64,000 bases of DNA from assembly GCA_965225945.1 (NCBI GenBank), contig CBDDBZ010000033.1:160001-224000 (forward strand). The letters are read 5' to 3'. Positions within the stretch are counted from its first letter, which is position 1. Each line of letters opens with the position of its first letter. This DNA is from Alphaproteobacteria bacterium. GTDB taxonomy: Bacteria; Pseudomonadota; Alphaproteobacteria; GCA-2731375. Under the pieces are notes generated by a model. It saw only the letters and a list, made by a program, of their open reading frames with translations, was not told the DNA's origin and ran no database searches. A program made the translations under genes and the position numbers. This document shows positions 20,785 to 31,448 of the stretch, one piece after another.

Positions 20785-21813
20785 CTATCTGTCGAGCGCC
20801 AGGGCGAAGGCGGCGACGGCGCGGTCCACGTCCCCCGGCGTGATCTCGTGGTGGGTGCAGCAACGAAGCCGCCGGGGGCCGTAGGGCAGCACCAGGACCT
20901 CGTCCTCGGCGACCGTCGCCGCCAGGGTTTCCGCGTCGAGGTCGTCGCGGTCGATGTCGACCAGCACGATGTTGCTCTCGACCGCCGCCGGATCGAGGCT
21001 GACGCCGTCGAGCGCCGCAAGCCCTTCCGCCAGCCTCCGGGCGTTGGCGTGGTCCTCGCCCAAGCGCTCTATCATGGTTTCGAGCGCGACGATGCCGGCG
21101 GCGGCGGGAATGCCGGCCGGCCGCCAGCCGCCGCCGAACATCTGGCGGACCCGGGTTGCCTCTTCGATCAGCTCGCCCGGCCCGGCGATCAGCGCGCCGA
21201 GCGGCGCGCCGAGCCCCTTGTTGAGGTTGAAGGCCACGGTGGTTGCCGTCGCCGCCAGTTCGCCCGCCGGGCGGGCGAGCGCGATCGCGGCGTTGAAGAG
21301 GCGGGCGCCGTCCAGGTGCACGGGGATGGCGTGGCGCGTCGCGACCTCGGCGATCGCCGTCATCTCTCGATACGCCATGACCCGGCCACCGGAACTCACA
21401 TGGGTGTTTTCCACCAGCACCATGGCGCTGCGTGAGCGGAGCGCATCGCCCGAGTGGATCGCCGCTTCGACCGTCGCCGCCTCCAACCGGCCGTCGACGA
21501 GGCGCGCCATGGCGCCGGTCAGGCTCGCGGCGGCGGCGGCCTCGGAGGTAAGCACGTGGGAACTCGACTCGGTGACGAAGTTCTCGCCCGGCCGGCAGTG
21601 CAGGTGGATGGCGATCTGGTTCGCCATCATGCAGGTCGGGCAAAACAGCGCGTCCTCCTTGCCCACCGTCTCCGCCGCCAGCCGCTCGAGCGCCGAGACG
21701 ATCGGGTCCTCGCGCACATCGAAGCCGGGCGGGGCCTTGGCGGCCGCCACCATCGCCTCGACCATCACCGGCGTCGGGCGGGCGACGATGTCGCTTCGAA
21801 GGTCGATCGTCAT
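20785..21813 (-). CDS. Low-specificity threonine aldolase family PLP enzyme
   Basis: IDLRSD, ENTH, VHLDGARLFNA, NKGLGAPLG. Confidence 0.9.
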   Translation of the reverse strand: MTIDLRSDIVARPTPVMVEAMVAAAKAPPGFDVREDPIVSALERLAAETVGKEDALFCPTCMMANQIAIHLHCRPGENFVTESSSHVLTSEAAAAASLTGAMARLVDGRLEAATVEAAIHSGDALRSRSAMVLVENTHVSSGGRVMAYREMTAIAEVATRHAIPVHLDGARLFNAAIALARPAGELAATATTVAFNLNKGLGAPLGALIAGPGELIEEATRVRQMFGGGWRPAGIPAAAGIVALETMIERLGEDHANARRLAEGLAALDGVSLDPAAVESNIVLVDIDRDDLDAETLAATVAEDEVLVLPYGPRRLRCCTHHEITPGDVDRAVAAFALALDR

Positions 21814-21829
21814 TGCCGGCCCACCGGGG

Positions 21830-23506
21830 TCAGGAGCGCAACACCTTGCCGGCCCGGGCCTCTTGCACGGTGCCGTCGGCCCAGGTCACCTCGCCGTTGA
21901 CGAGGGTGTATTCGACGCCCTTGGAGGGCATCACCATCCGCTTGCCGCCGCCCGGCAGGTCGTGGCGCCGCTCGCCCCGATTGCCGGAGCCGATGGTGGT
22001 GGCATCGAACACGGTGACGTCGGCGGCGAGACCCGGCGCCAGGCGGCCGCGATCGGCAATGCCGAAGAAGTCGGCCGGGTCCGAGGTCATCCGCCGGACC
22101 CCTTCCTCCAGCGTCATGATCTCGCGCTCGCGCACCCAAGTGCCCAGCGTGTAGGTCGGATAGCCCGCGTCGCACATCATGTCGACATGCGCGCCGGCAT
22201 CGCCCAGGCCGATCAGCACGTCCGGATTGGCCAGGATCTCCTTCACCCGATCGACCCTGGTGTTGAAGGAGGACATGGTGAACTCGCACTCGAGATCGCC
22301 GGCCAGCGTCACGTCGAGGAAGGCATCGACCCTGTCCTTGCCTTCGGCCCGGGCGATCTCCGTCACGCTCTGGCCCTCGTACTTCTCGAGCTCCGGATTG
22401 CGCGCTTCGTGCAGCACGATCCGGTCCCAGTCGCCGAAGCCCATCGGGCTCTTCAGGTCCTCGCGGAAGGCGTCGCGGAAGTTGGTGTCCGCATAGACGG
22501 CCCGTTGCGCCTCCTTCGAGGTGTCGGCGAAGACCCGCTTCCAGGCCGGGAAGGCGGCGAAGGAGAATGGGCTCCGCATGCTGATCTCGCGGGTCAGGGG
22601 AAGCGGCGAGGTCTGCGGCCTCGCGCCCTTGGCGATCTGGGGTGCCGCCAGACGAAGCGTGTTGCGCACCGCATCGGGAATATCGTCGCGATCGAATAGC
22701 GCGATGAAGGTGACGGGCCGGCCGCTTTCCTCCAGCAGGAGGTCCAGGGTCTCGCACTGTTCCGCCTCCAGTACCGCGACCTGGCGGGTCAGCGCGATCT
22801 CGATCGCCCCCTTGCCGCATTCCTTCAGCACGTTGGCGTAGGCCTTCAACTCGTCCGGGCTGGCGTTGCGGCAGGCCAGCGGGCGGCCCTCGAAACCGAG
22901 ATGCTGGTTGAGGATGGTGCTGGAGAAGCCGAAGGCGCCGGCCGCCATCGCCTCGCCCAGCAGCGCCTTGATCCGGGCGGTCTCTTCCGCGCTCGCCGCG
23001 CGCTCCATCGATTCCGCGCCCATGACATAGTGGCGGAACGGCGTCAGCGGCGCCAGGAAAGCGAGGTTGAGCGCCGAGCCCCGCCGCTCGGCGGCGTCGA
23101 GATACTCGGGAAAACTCTCCCAATCCCAGGTGATGCCTCGTTCCAGGACGTCGTAGGGGATGGCCTCGACGTTGACCAGGTCGCGCATCGCGATCTCGCG
23201 CGCCTCGGCCGCGCAGGGGGCGATGCCGACCCCGCAGTTGCCCATGACCACGCTGGTGACCCCGTGCCACGACGAGGGCGTGATCGCGCCGTCCCAGCAG
23301 ATCTGCGCGTCGTAATGCGTATGCGGGTCGATGAAGCCGGGCGAGACCACCAGGTCGCTGGCATCGATCACCCGCTCGGCGCCACCGTCGAATTTGCCGA
23401 GGGCCGCGATGCGGCCGTCCCGGATCGCCACGTCGCCTGGCCGAGCCGGGGCGCCGGTGCCGTCCACGAGAGTGCCGTTCTTGATTACCAGGTCGTAGTC
23501 CATCAT
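21830..23506 (-). CDS. N-acyl-D-amino-acid deacylase family amidohydrolase
   Basis: DLVIKNGTLVDGTG, PGFIDPHTHYD, GVTSVVMGNCG, DAGAH, DRGRLAPGLAADV. Confidence 0.92.
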   Translation of the reverse strand: MMDYDLVIKNGTLVDGTGAPARPGDVAIRDGRIAALGKFDGGAERVIDASDLVVSPGFIDPHTHYDAQICWDGAITPSSWHGVTSVVMGNCGVGIAPCAAEAREIAMRDLVNVEAIPYDVLERGITWDWESFPEYLDAAERRGSALNLAFLAPLTPFRHYVMGAESMERAASAEETARIKALLGEAMAAGAFGFSSTILNQHLGFEGRPLACRNASPDELKAYANVLKECGKGAIEIALTRQVAVLEAEQCETLDLLLEESGRPVTFIALFDRDDIPDAVRNTLRLAAPQIAKGARPQTSPLPLTREISMRSPFSFAAFPAWKRVFADTSKEAQRAVYADTNFRDAFREDLKSPMGFGDWDRIVLHEARNPELEKYEGQSVTEIARAEGKDRVDAFLDVTLAGDLECEFTMSSFNTRVDRVKEILANPDVLIGLGDAGAHVDMMCDAGYPTYTLGTWVREREIMTLEEGVRRMTSDPADFFGIADRGRLAPGLAADVTVFDATTIGSGNRGERRHDLPGGGKRMVMPSKGVEYTLVNGEVTWADGTVQEARAGKVLRS

Positions 23507-24032
23507 CCGTTCCTTGCCCAAGGTGCCGCGCGAAGTGGCGACGGCGACATGGTAATCGAAGTCTCCCGCTTCGCAAATCCGACGACGGGAACGCATGACC
23601 CTTCATCGCCATCCTCCGTGGGTCTAAAATAATCGACCAGGCAAAAGATCGGTTTTGGGAGACGGCCGGTGCCGCCATGAGGGCGACGCGTTTCCGCCGC
23701 GTCTCGTCTCCCGAAACTGTTGCCCGGAACCTGCTGCCGCGAAACCGGTGAACGGGACGTTTTCGCGAAGGCCCGCAAGCCGCACGGACCGGCGAGGCCT
23801 TCGTGACGCTTTCTCAGCGTTCGCTATCCAAGCTCCAGGGGCGCGACGGGACCGAGGGTCCAACATGCTCTCGACCGGCGCGCCGCCTCCGCCGTCGGAT
23901 TGGGAGGGCCGGCGGCGGGGCCACACCCGCCGCGCGCACGGCGCGACGCGGTGGTGGTGTCACGTCGCCACGTCCACCAGCTGCGGATCGGACTGCTTCG
24001 TCGCGTAAGCGTCACCGGCGAAGGCGTCGGGT

Positions 24033-24261
24033 GAAAAGGTGTCATTCTACTTTTCGGGTAATTTGCGGGGCCGGCCACGGGGTCTCGGGGTGGACTCGAG
24101 GCCGAGCCGACGGGCGGTGCGCAGCGATCGGTGCCGAACGGCGTCCCGCGGTTGATGACGTGATAGGCCATGTCGGCGACGGCCGCGCGCGCTGCAAAGC
24201 ATGCGCCGATCCCAACGCATCCGGTCGCCGAATAAAGTACAATGACCCCTTTTTCCTTTTT
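24033..24261 (-). repeat. Internally deleted RAYT/REP mini-element, copy B
   Basis: Same inverted ends as 15235-15382. Minus strand reads [16 protein letters not shown] (RAYT-like N-terminus) and then the RLGLESTP tail in another frame. Confidence 0.6.
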
Positions 24262-24371
24262 CGTACGGACGTGATGATGGAGAATTTCGCCCCCGGTGCG
24301 ATCGAGCGTTTGGGCCTGTCCTACGACGTGGTGAAGGCGATCAACCCAGGCATCATCTATGCCCAGGTCAA
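24262..24371 (+). pseudogene. CaiB/BaiF (class III) CoA-transferase internal fragment
   Basis: [35 protein letters not shown], cut off by an IS256 end. Confidence 0.7.
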
Positions 24372-27171
24372 GCTTGTGTAGCGTGAGGTCTGGAAATTTG
24401 GCTTCGCCCCGCGCCGGGGTATACCCCGGCGCGGGGCGATCCGTCATTTTGGTTATCCATGAAAGCGTCCAAACAAACATGGAGAACCAGTATGCGGAAA
24501 GACCAGGATAGCGCTGTCGAGGCTTTGGTGGAACAATTGATCGAAGGCGGTAGCGAGAACATGGCGACGGTCGGCGATGTCCCGCCCAATGTTGAAAAGT
24601 GCGAGATAGGCATCGTCTGATCGAGAGGCTACGCGGCCACCTCGATGTCTTCAATGACGGACTTTGCTCCGGCCTTTCTCACCGCCTCCCGCAGGGCGGC
24701 GTCAAGGACGGGGAGCTGGCGGTAGGCCTTGAGGCGGCGGAAGGTCTTTTGCGCCTCCAAGAGGCCGGCGGCGGTCCAACGCAGCGCCATCTCGGCGTTG
24801 CGCCAGCGCTTGACGTTCCGCTGCACCGTCCGGACGGTGCCGATCGCGTTCTCGATGGCGTTGGTGCAAGCCAGCGAGTGTCGAAGTTGCGGCGGGAGGC
24901 CGAGCCGGATCACGGTCAGGATCTCGTCCAGGCCCTCCAGGATCGAGCCCGAGACGCCGGGTGCGTCATGCTCCAGACGGCGGGCGAGGTTGCGCAAGAG
25001 CCGTTCGGCCTTGGCCGCGTCGTCCTGCTGCCAGGCCTGCCGCAAGACCTTCCTGACGCCGGCATGGAGGCTCTCGTCCAGCCGGTCCGTGATGTTGCGC
25101 CCCTTGTGCACCTGGCAGCGCTGGAGGGCCGCCGCCCGCCCGAAGGTCCGCCGGATCGCCTTCGAGAGCGCCTTGGCGCCGTCGACGATGTAGAGCCGAG
25201 GCCGTTCGGGATCGAGACCGCGCTCGATCAGGTTGTCGAGCATGGCTTGCACCGTGGCCGCGTTCTCCGTCGCGCCCTCGGCCAGGCCCAGCACGTGCTT
25301 CGCGCCGCCGGTGTCGATGCCGATCGCCGCCACCATCAGGTGATCGCCGACATGGAGCCCGTCGATCTGGAGCACCACGAGATCGAGATCGTCGAGCGGG
25401 CTCGCCAGCCAGGCCTTCAGCTTGCTTCGCGTCAACGCCACGAAACGGCGCGAGACCGCCGACTTCGAGGTTGCGTCACCCGATGCCGCCGGCAGATCGC
25501 CGCCCGCATCGTCCGGCAGGCGCACCGCGCGGGCATACTTGCGGGTCGAGACGTTGATCACCATCAGATTCATCGCCCAGGCTTGCAAGAGTTCGGGTTC
25601 CGACAGCAGCTCCCAACTCGGCAGGCTCATCTCCCGACCCGCGAAGTCCCGCACCCGAGGGCGCTCGACCTTCACTTTGCCGCCGTGGTAGGCGATCTCG
25701 CTCCGGGTCGTGCCCCATCGATGGCCCTTGCGCTCGCCCGAGCGGGCGTGGCGCGAACCGCACAAGGCTTCCGCGTCCGCCGACATCATCTCGTTCAAAG
25801 ACTCGAGGCCCGCCAAAAGGCAGAAGCGATCGACGCTCATGCGCAGATCGTCGAAGGCCTCCGGCATCGATGGCAAGAGCCGACAGGATGGTTCCGAGGA
25901 ACGGTCGTTGCGTGTAGTCTTGGTCATGGCGTCGTTCTCCTTGATGGAATCAGCACCCAGAGCCTAGCGGCTCCAGGCGGACGACGCCTACTTCAGCTTT
26001 TCAACAGAGCCCGGGACATCCCCCGACGGTCTTCGCCGGCCTTTTCAATCTCGCCATGCGGATCGAGCGGGAGAGGTTCTTGGGCGCCGGCCACTATGAG
26101 CGCACGCCCGAGCGGCGGGGATACGCCAACGGCACCAGACCCAAGAAGATCGACACCCCGGCCGGTACGGTGAGGCTCGAGGTTCCCAAGACCGCCGGTC
26201 ATGAGGCGCCTTTTTACCCCCAAGCCCTGGAGCGCGGACGGCGCTCCTGCCGCGCTGTCATGCTGGCCGTGGCGGAGATGTATATCAAAGGCGTCTCCAC
26301 CCGTGACGCCGAGGCGGTGATGCGCGAGTTCGGCCTGGAGAGCCTGTCGTCGAGCCAGGTCAGCCGCGCCGCCAAGCTCTTGGATGGGGAGCTGGATGCC
26401 TGGCGCAACCGGCCGCTGGGCGAGATCCGCTACCTGCTCCTCGACGCGCGCTATGAGAAAGTCCGAGAGGGTGGCGTGGTGCGCGACGCCGCCGTGCTCT
26501 CGGTGATCGGCATCGGCCCCGACCAGCGCCGCCGGGTGCTCGGTGTTTCCTGTGCGCTCTCCGAGGCCGAAGTGCACTGGCGCGCCTTCCTGGAGACCCT
26601 GGTTGCCGGTGGCATGCGCGGTGTCGCCTATATCGTTTCCGATGATCATCCAGGCCTCGGCGCCGCGCGCAAGGCCGTCCTCGGCGGCCGCCGTCTGGCA
26701 GCGCTGTCAGTACCATCTGGCTCAAAACGCCATCCATCACGCCCCCAACCTCGCCATCCGAAAGGCCATCGGCAAGGAGCTGCGCCGGGTCTGGAACGCC
26801 GCCGACAGCAAGGCCGCCGGGGCCGAGCTGGGCCACCTGGTGGCGGCCTACCGCGATAGCGCCCCCAAGCTCGCCGATTGGCTGGAGGCGGCGATCCCCG
26901 AGGGCCTCGCCGTCTTCGCCCTGCCCGAGCGCCACCAAAAGCGCATGCGAACCTCGAACCCCATGGAGCGATCCATCCAGCAGGAGATCAAGCGCCGCAC
27001 CGTAAAGGTCAGGGTCTTTCCCAACGAGGCCTCGCTCGAACGCCTGGTCACCGCCATCCTCGTCGAAATCGACGATAAATGGGAAACCACCGAAAAACCC
27101 TACATCACTTGGAAAGCAGAGGATGACTGATCAACGGCGTTCCGAATTTCCACACATCAGGTTGCTCAATC
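24372..27171 (+). mobile_element. IS256-family element A, copy 1, interrupted by IS256-B and frameshifted at about 26688
   Basis: Near-identical to 39534-40873 (inverted). Ends GCTTGTGTAGC / GTTGCTCAATC. Mutator-type transposase (LLDARYEKVR, QRCQYH, RTSNPMER). Confidence 0.92.
24573..26023 (-). mobile_element. IS256-family element B, copy 1 (transposase 25927-24629)
   Basis: IRs GGCGATGTCCCG / CGGGACATCCCC. 8-bp TSD CGACGGTC (24565-24572, 26024-26031) inside the 5' end of the IS256-A gene. Motifs IDGL, IVDGAKAL, QRCQVHK, TNAIEN. Confidence 0.95.
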
Positions 27172-29062
27172 CCGTGATCGCCAACTCGCGGACCAGCGGC
27201 TCGTTGACCGGGGTGTCGGTGAAGTCGAAGTCGGCCAGCTCCTTGGCCAGCGGCAGCTTGGCGCCACTCATCTGGTACTTGATGGATCGCGCCTGCTTGT
27301 CGGCGATCTCGGCCTTCAACAGCTCGCCGATGATTCGCTGCATCGGATGCTGGCGCTTGAGGCCGTCGGCGAGCACCTCGTCGAACGCGTCGCGCATGCC
27401 GGCGAGCTTGAGTGCGGCCATCATCTCCAGGACCTCATGGCGCTCCATGGCCGACCCCCCTCAAGCGGTCGTAGCGGGTGCAATCGGCCACCGGCTCAAA
27501 GCGAAGACGCAGGTTCGCGGGCGTCGGGATCGGCGCCGTCTCGGACGGCTGGCGCCGACGATTGAGGATGTTGAGCACGACGTCGGCGCTGCACACGCCG
27601 CCAGCGAGCGCCTCGGCACAGGCGGCCTCCACCGCCGCCAGCCCATCCGCCAGCACGGCGGTGAGGATCTCGACCATCTGCCTGTCGCCGTCGTCGTGGC
27701 CGGCGAGCCGGACGCGCACGCGACCCAGGGCGCCGGGCAGCGCCCAGTCCTTGAACGGCGCGCCGTTACGAAGCGCACCGGGCTTCCTCGCCAGCACGGG
27801 CACGTAGTGCCACGGGTCATAGACGGTCTGGTCGCGGCCGAAGCGCCGGGCATGCTCGGCGACGATCTCGCCGTCCTGGCGGATGACGATGCGATCGGCG
27901 TAGGCATGGACCTCGACCGGACGGCCGACGGCGCGCGCCGCCACGCTGTACTTGTTGCTGTCGAAGCGCACCAGGCAGGTCTTCGACACCGACGCCGGGA
28001 CCGCGTGGAAGCCGTCGAACGGCCCGCGATAGCCGACCAGGGACGGACGCTCGTCCTCGAACACCTGCCAGACAGTCCTGTCCTTGAACACCGGGTGGGG
28101 ATGACGCCGGGCGTAGGCGACGCACTGGTCCAAGAGCCAGGCGTTGAGCTCGTCGTAGGTCTTGAAGCGCAGCCGCGGGGTGAAGAACCGACCGCGGATG
28201 ATCCCGACCTGGTTCTCGACCTGCCCCTTCTCCCATCCCGCTCCCGGCGTGCATGCTGTCGGTTCGACCAGGTAGTGGCCACACATCTGCACGAAGCGCC
28301 GGTTGAACGCGCGCTCCTTGCCGATGAGGACGGTCTGCACCGCCGTTCTTCATGTTGTCGTGGATGCCTCGCCGGCAGGCACCCTGGAACAGCCGGAATG
28401 CCCGGTCGTGGGCGTCGAACACCATCTCCTGGCTCTCGCGCGGATAAGCGCGGACGAAGAACATTCGGCTGTGGCACAGCCGGACGTGCGCGACCTTGAC
28501 CTTGGTCGTCACCCCCGCCAGCACCACGTACTCGTGGCTCCAGTCGAACTGATAGGCCTCGCCCGGCGAGAACACCAACGGCACATAGGTCTGCGCCGTC
28601 GATGCCGAACGGCGCCACCGCCACGCCTTGGCGTAGCGCCGCACCGCGTCGTAGCCGCCGCCATAGCCCAGACCCTCGAGGGCTTCGGAGATCCGTAGCA
28701 GCGTCAGCCGCTCCCGCTTCGACTTGGTCTCGTTGGCCTCCAGCATCCGCTCCAGCTCGGCCGTCCACGGCCCCAGCTTCGGCATCGGCTGGACCCGCCG
28801 GTCGTAGGTGAACGCCGTCGCCTGCGAACGGATCACCTTGCGCACCGTGTTGCCCGAGACCTTCACGTCCCGCACGATCTCCTTGATCGGCTTCCCCTTG
28901 ACGAAATACTCCCGCCGGATCCGCGCTATCGTCTCCACGACCAACATCCCCCACCACCTCGTCCGCCCAAAAACGAGGTGACTTGGACTAGCCAGGCTCA
29001 GGGGGTCAAATTTGGACGCCGATCACCCCTCAACAGGGGTCAACTTTGCACGCCGTTCCACA
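27172..29062 (-). mobile_element. IS21-family element, copy 1: istA (28947-27435, frameshifted at about 28346) and istB truncated by IS256-A
   Basis: End TGTGGAACGGCG with repeated TTGACCCC motifs. IstA motifs QFDWS and GWEKGQVEN. IstB start MERHEVLEMMAALKLAGM...DFDF. Confidence 0.9.
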
Positions 29063-29645
29063 TCACGGCCGGAGGATTACCCTCAGATACGGCCGCCACA
29101 AGAATGGCGAGCCGGGGGCCGAAATTATCGTCGAGCCGAACGAGGCCGGCGCAATGTTCCCCGAACGCCTGGAGCAGGCGCGCGAAGCCGAAGGTTGGCG
29201 CGAAATCTACGGCAAGCTCGACGAGCAAGAGGCGGAAGCCGGTCGTATGCGGGCCGAAGCCGAGCGCCTGATGGCGGCCGCCGATACGCTGGACCGCGAG
29301 ATGGCCATCGAACGGAGGGCGGTTGACCGGGCGCTGGCGGAAGAGATCCACCGTGAGCACGGCCGCGCTTACAGATCGGAAGTGAGCATGGTGCTGTGGC
29401 TTCATCACGAGGCCGATCTCAAGGCATTGGACGGCATGGGTATGGCGGACAGGATCGAATACCTGACGCGGGGTGATCTGGACGCGGGTGTAGCCTTTGG
29501 CATCAACGGCTCCGCCGGCCTCGGAGAGATGATCGACGGCAACGTCCGCCCCGATCGCGCCTGGTTCCGATCCCTGGCGGGAGTGGTGAGGCAACGCGCC
29601 GTCACGTCCGGGGGTGAGGGAGCCGCCGTTCAAGCCGAGGGATGA
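29063..29645 (+). CDS. Hypothetical protein, 5' end probably cut by IS21
   Basis: Open frame with host-like codon usage and a coiled-coil-like stretch; runs from the IS21 end. Confidence 0.4.
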
Positions 29646-29815
29646 CGAGCCCGGGCGCCCTCGACGCGCTGGTGGTGCGCGAGGCGGCGTGAGGTTGGCA
29701 AATTTTCGGTCTATCGAGAGGGAGTAGCCCTCTGCTTAAAGGGATTCGCCTGCAAGCGAGCGCACGTATTCGAGCGCCTTCCGCGCCGGAAGATAGTCCG
29801 GCTCATGGGACAGTG

Positions 29816-30570
29816 CTTGCCTATCCGGTTATCACCCACACCCACTATATGTAGTGTGTCTCCTTGGACTGCAGGCAAGGGCCGGCGCAGGCGCATTGAG
29901 GAGGCGATCCGGCTAATTCTTGATTGTTCTGAAAACCGAACCGGAGTTTAATTCACGTCACGTACTTAACATCGGGGGACGGAACGGTGGCGACCAAGGG
30001 AAAAACGAAGAAACCCACGGCCAGACGGGAAGCTGCTGATGAAACGACATCGTCTGAGCGATTGACGGCACTAGTCGAAGAAAGCGACGCGCTGGCACGA
30101 ATCGTTGCGAAGAACCCGTCCGCGCCTGTTAGTCTCCTGCGCGTTTTGAGTCGCAGCGAAGACGAAGCGACACGCAAGAACGTGATCCTCAATCCGTTTA
30201 CTTCATATGACGTATTGAGCGAACTTGAAAACCAGTTCACAGAGCTATTTGTGAATAATCCGGCACTCGAATCCTACAATTCAATGAAGCTCTGATTTCC
30301 TGGAATATTCCATCGGTGTCGTTCACCTCCGATTTCAGATAAATTTCAATGAAGTGACGGTCCTTTATGCAACGTGGCGTTTTGCCAAATCCGACTCAAT
30401 GATTAGGATTTCCACCACGCTAAAGTGTCGCCTAAAAGGCGCTACAATGCCGTCCGAGTCCCTGCTCGGCATCGCCGGAGATATCTCCGCTTCGACCTGC
30501 ACCGAGCTTTACTCAGGAAAATGGGTGCACACTACATATAGTGGGTGTGGGTGATAACCGGATAGGCAAG
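29816..30570 (+). mobile_element. 755-bp non-autonomous TIR cassette, copy 2
   Basis: Perfect 43-bp TIRs; 8-bp TSD GGACAGTG (29808-29815, 30571-30578). Confidence 0.97.
29987..30295 (+). CDS. Cassette passenger ORF, 102 aa, leucine-rich-variant (LRV)/HEAT-like repeats
   Basis: VAKNPSAPVSLLRVLS, VILNPFTSYDVLSEL and FVNNPAL follow the LRV pattern (A.NP..P...L..L). Identical in all complete copies. Confidence 0.6.
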   Translation: MATKGKTKKPTARREAADETTSSERLTALVEESDALARIVAKNPSAPVSLLRVLSRSEDEATRKNVILNPFTSYDVLSELENQFTELFVNNPALESYNSMKL

Positions 30571-31229
30571 GGACAGTGCACGCTCGAAGGCGCGTTCGAC
30601 TTTCTCGATCAGCCCTTGTCTCAACAAGACCCAACCCATGTTGAAGTGCGGGAACTGGTAGCAGCAATAGCGCTTGGCCCGGATCGCCTTCTCGAACCAA
30701 GGGATGGCCTCCTCCGCCCGCCCCAGAGTGATCAGATAGGCGCCGATATCGTTATAGGGATTGCCGTAATCGGGATCGATCGCTATGGCTTTCCTGCATT
30801 CCTCTATGGCTTCTTCGGTCTGACCCTGATGGCTCAGCGACCAGCCGAGGTAGGTATGTCCTTCCGCGGTCGGGCTGGCGTCGATCGACAGGCGGAAATG
30901 GCGCGCCGCAGCCTCGTACTGCCCCTGCAAGTGGAGAACGTATCCCTTTTGCCAGTAAAGGAAGGCGGCGCCCATTTTCGTGCTCTCGTCGGGACTGTCC
31001 CGGGGCGCGGCGTGGCCCATCGTGACCCCCATGAGGATCGCGATGGCAAGTAGGATGCTTGTCCGATACGGTCGACGCACGAGTCTCTGTTCCAGTCTCG
31101 CTAACGACACTCGGCAGTTTACCGCACACTGCCACCCGAGGTCACCGCCATTGCCCTCCGGCCCCTGGTCATGTGGCGGCGGTGGATGTTGGTCGAGAGG
31201 ATGTAGGCCACGGGATCGGGGCCGCGGCG

Positions 31230-31421
31230 GGGGTCAAGGCCGGCTGGCTCGTCAGGGTGATCGACCGACAGTATAAAATCATCGACGTCGCGGTCGAGGG
31301 TGTTAGCATGGCCGCAACGCAGAGGGCGGAGTTCACGACGGTCATCCGGAACCATGGCATGGACGGCTTGGTACAGGCGCTTCGCATGCGCACCCAAACC
31401 CATACCGCCAAGGCGTCCTGA
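31230..31421 (+). pseudogene. MlaC/Ttg2D-like C-terminal fragment
   Basis: W.VR.....YKIIDVAVEGVSMAATQRAEF..VI...GMDGLVQAL; start coordinate approximate. Confidence 0.6.
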
Positions 31422-31448
31422 AGCCGCCGTGCCGTCGAAGAGAAACTT

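Larger units (their letters stand above)
29736..31110 (-). pseudogene. Tetratricopeptide-repeat protein disrupted near its 3' end by the 755-bp cassette
   Basis: TPR motifs (AEGHTYLGWSL, DPDYGNPYNDIG, FPHFNMG). Removing the cassette and one TSD restores ..FERALSHEPDYLPARKALEYVRSLAGESL*. Confidence 0.88.
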
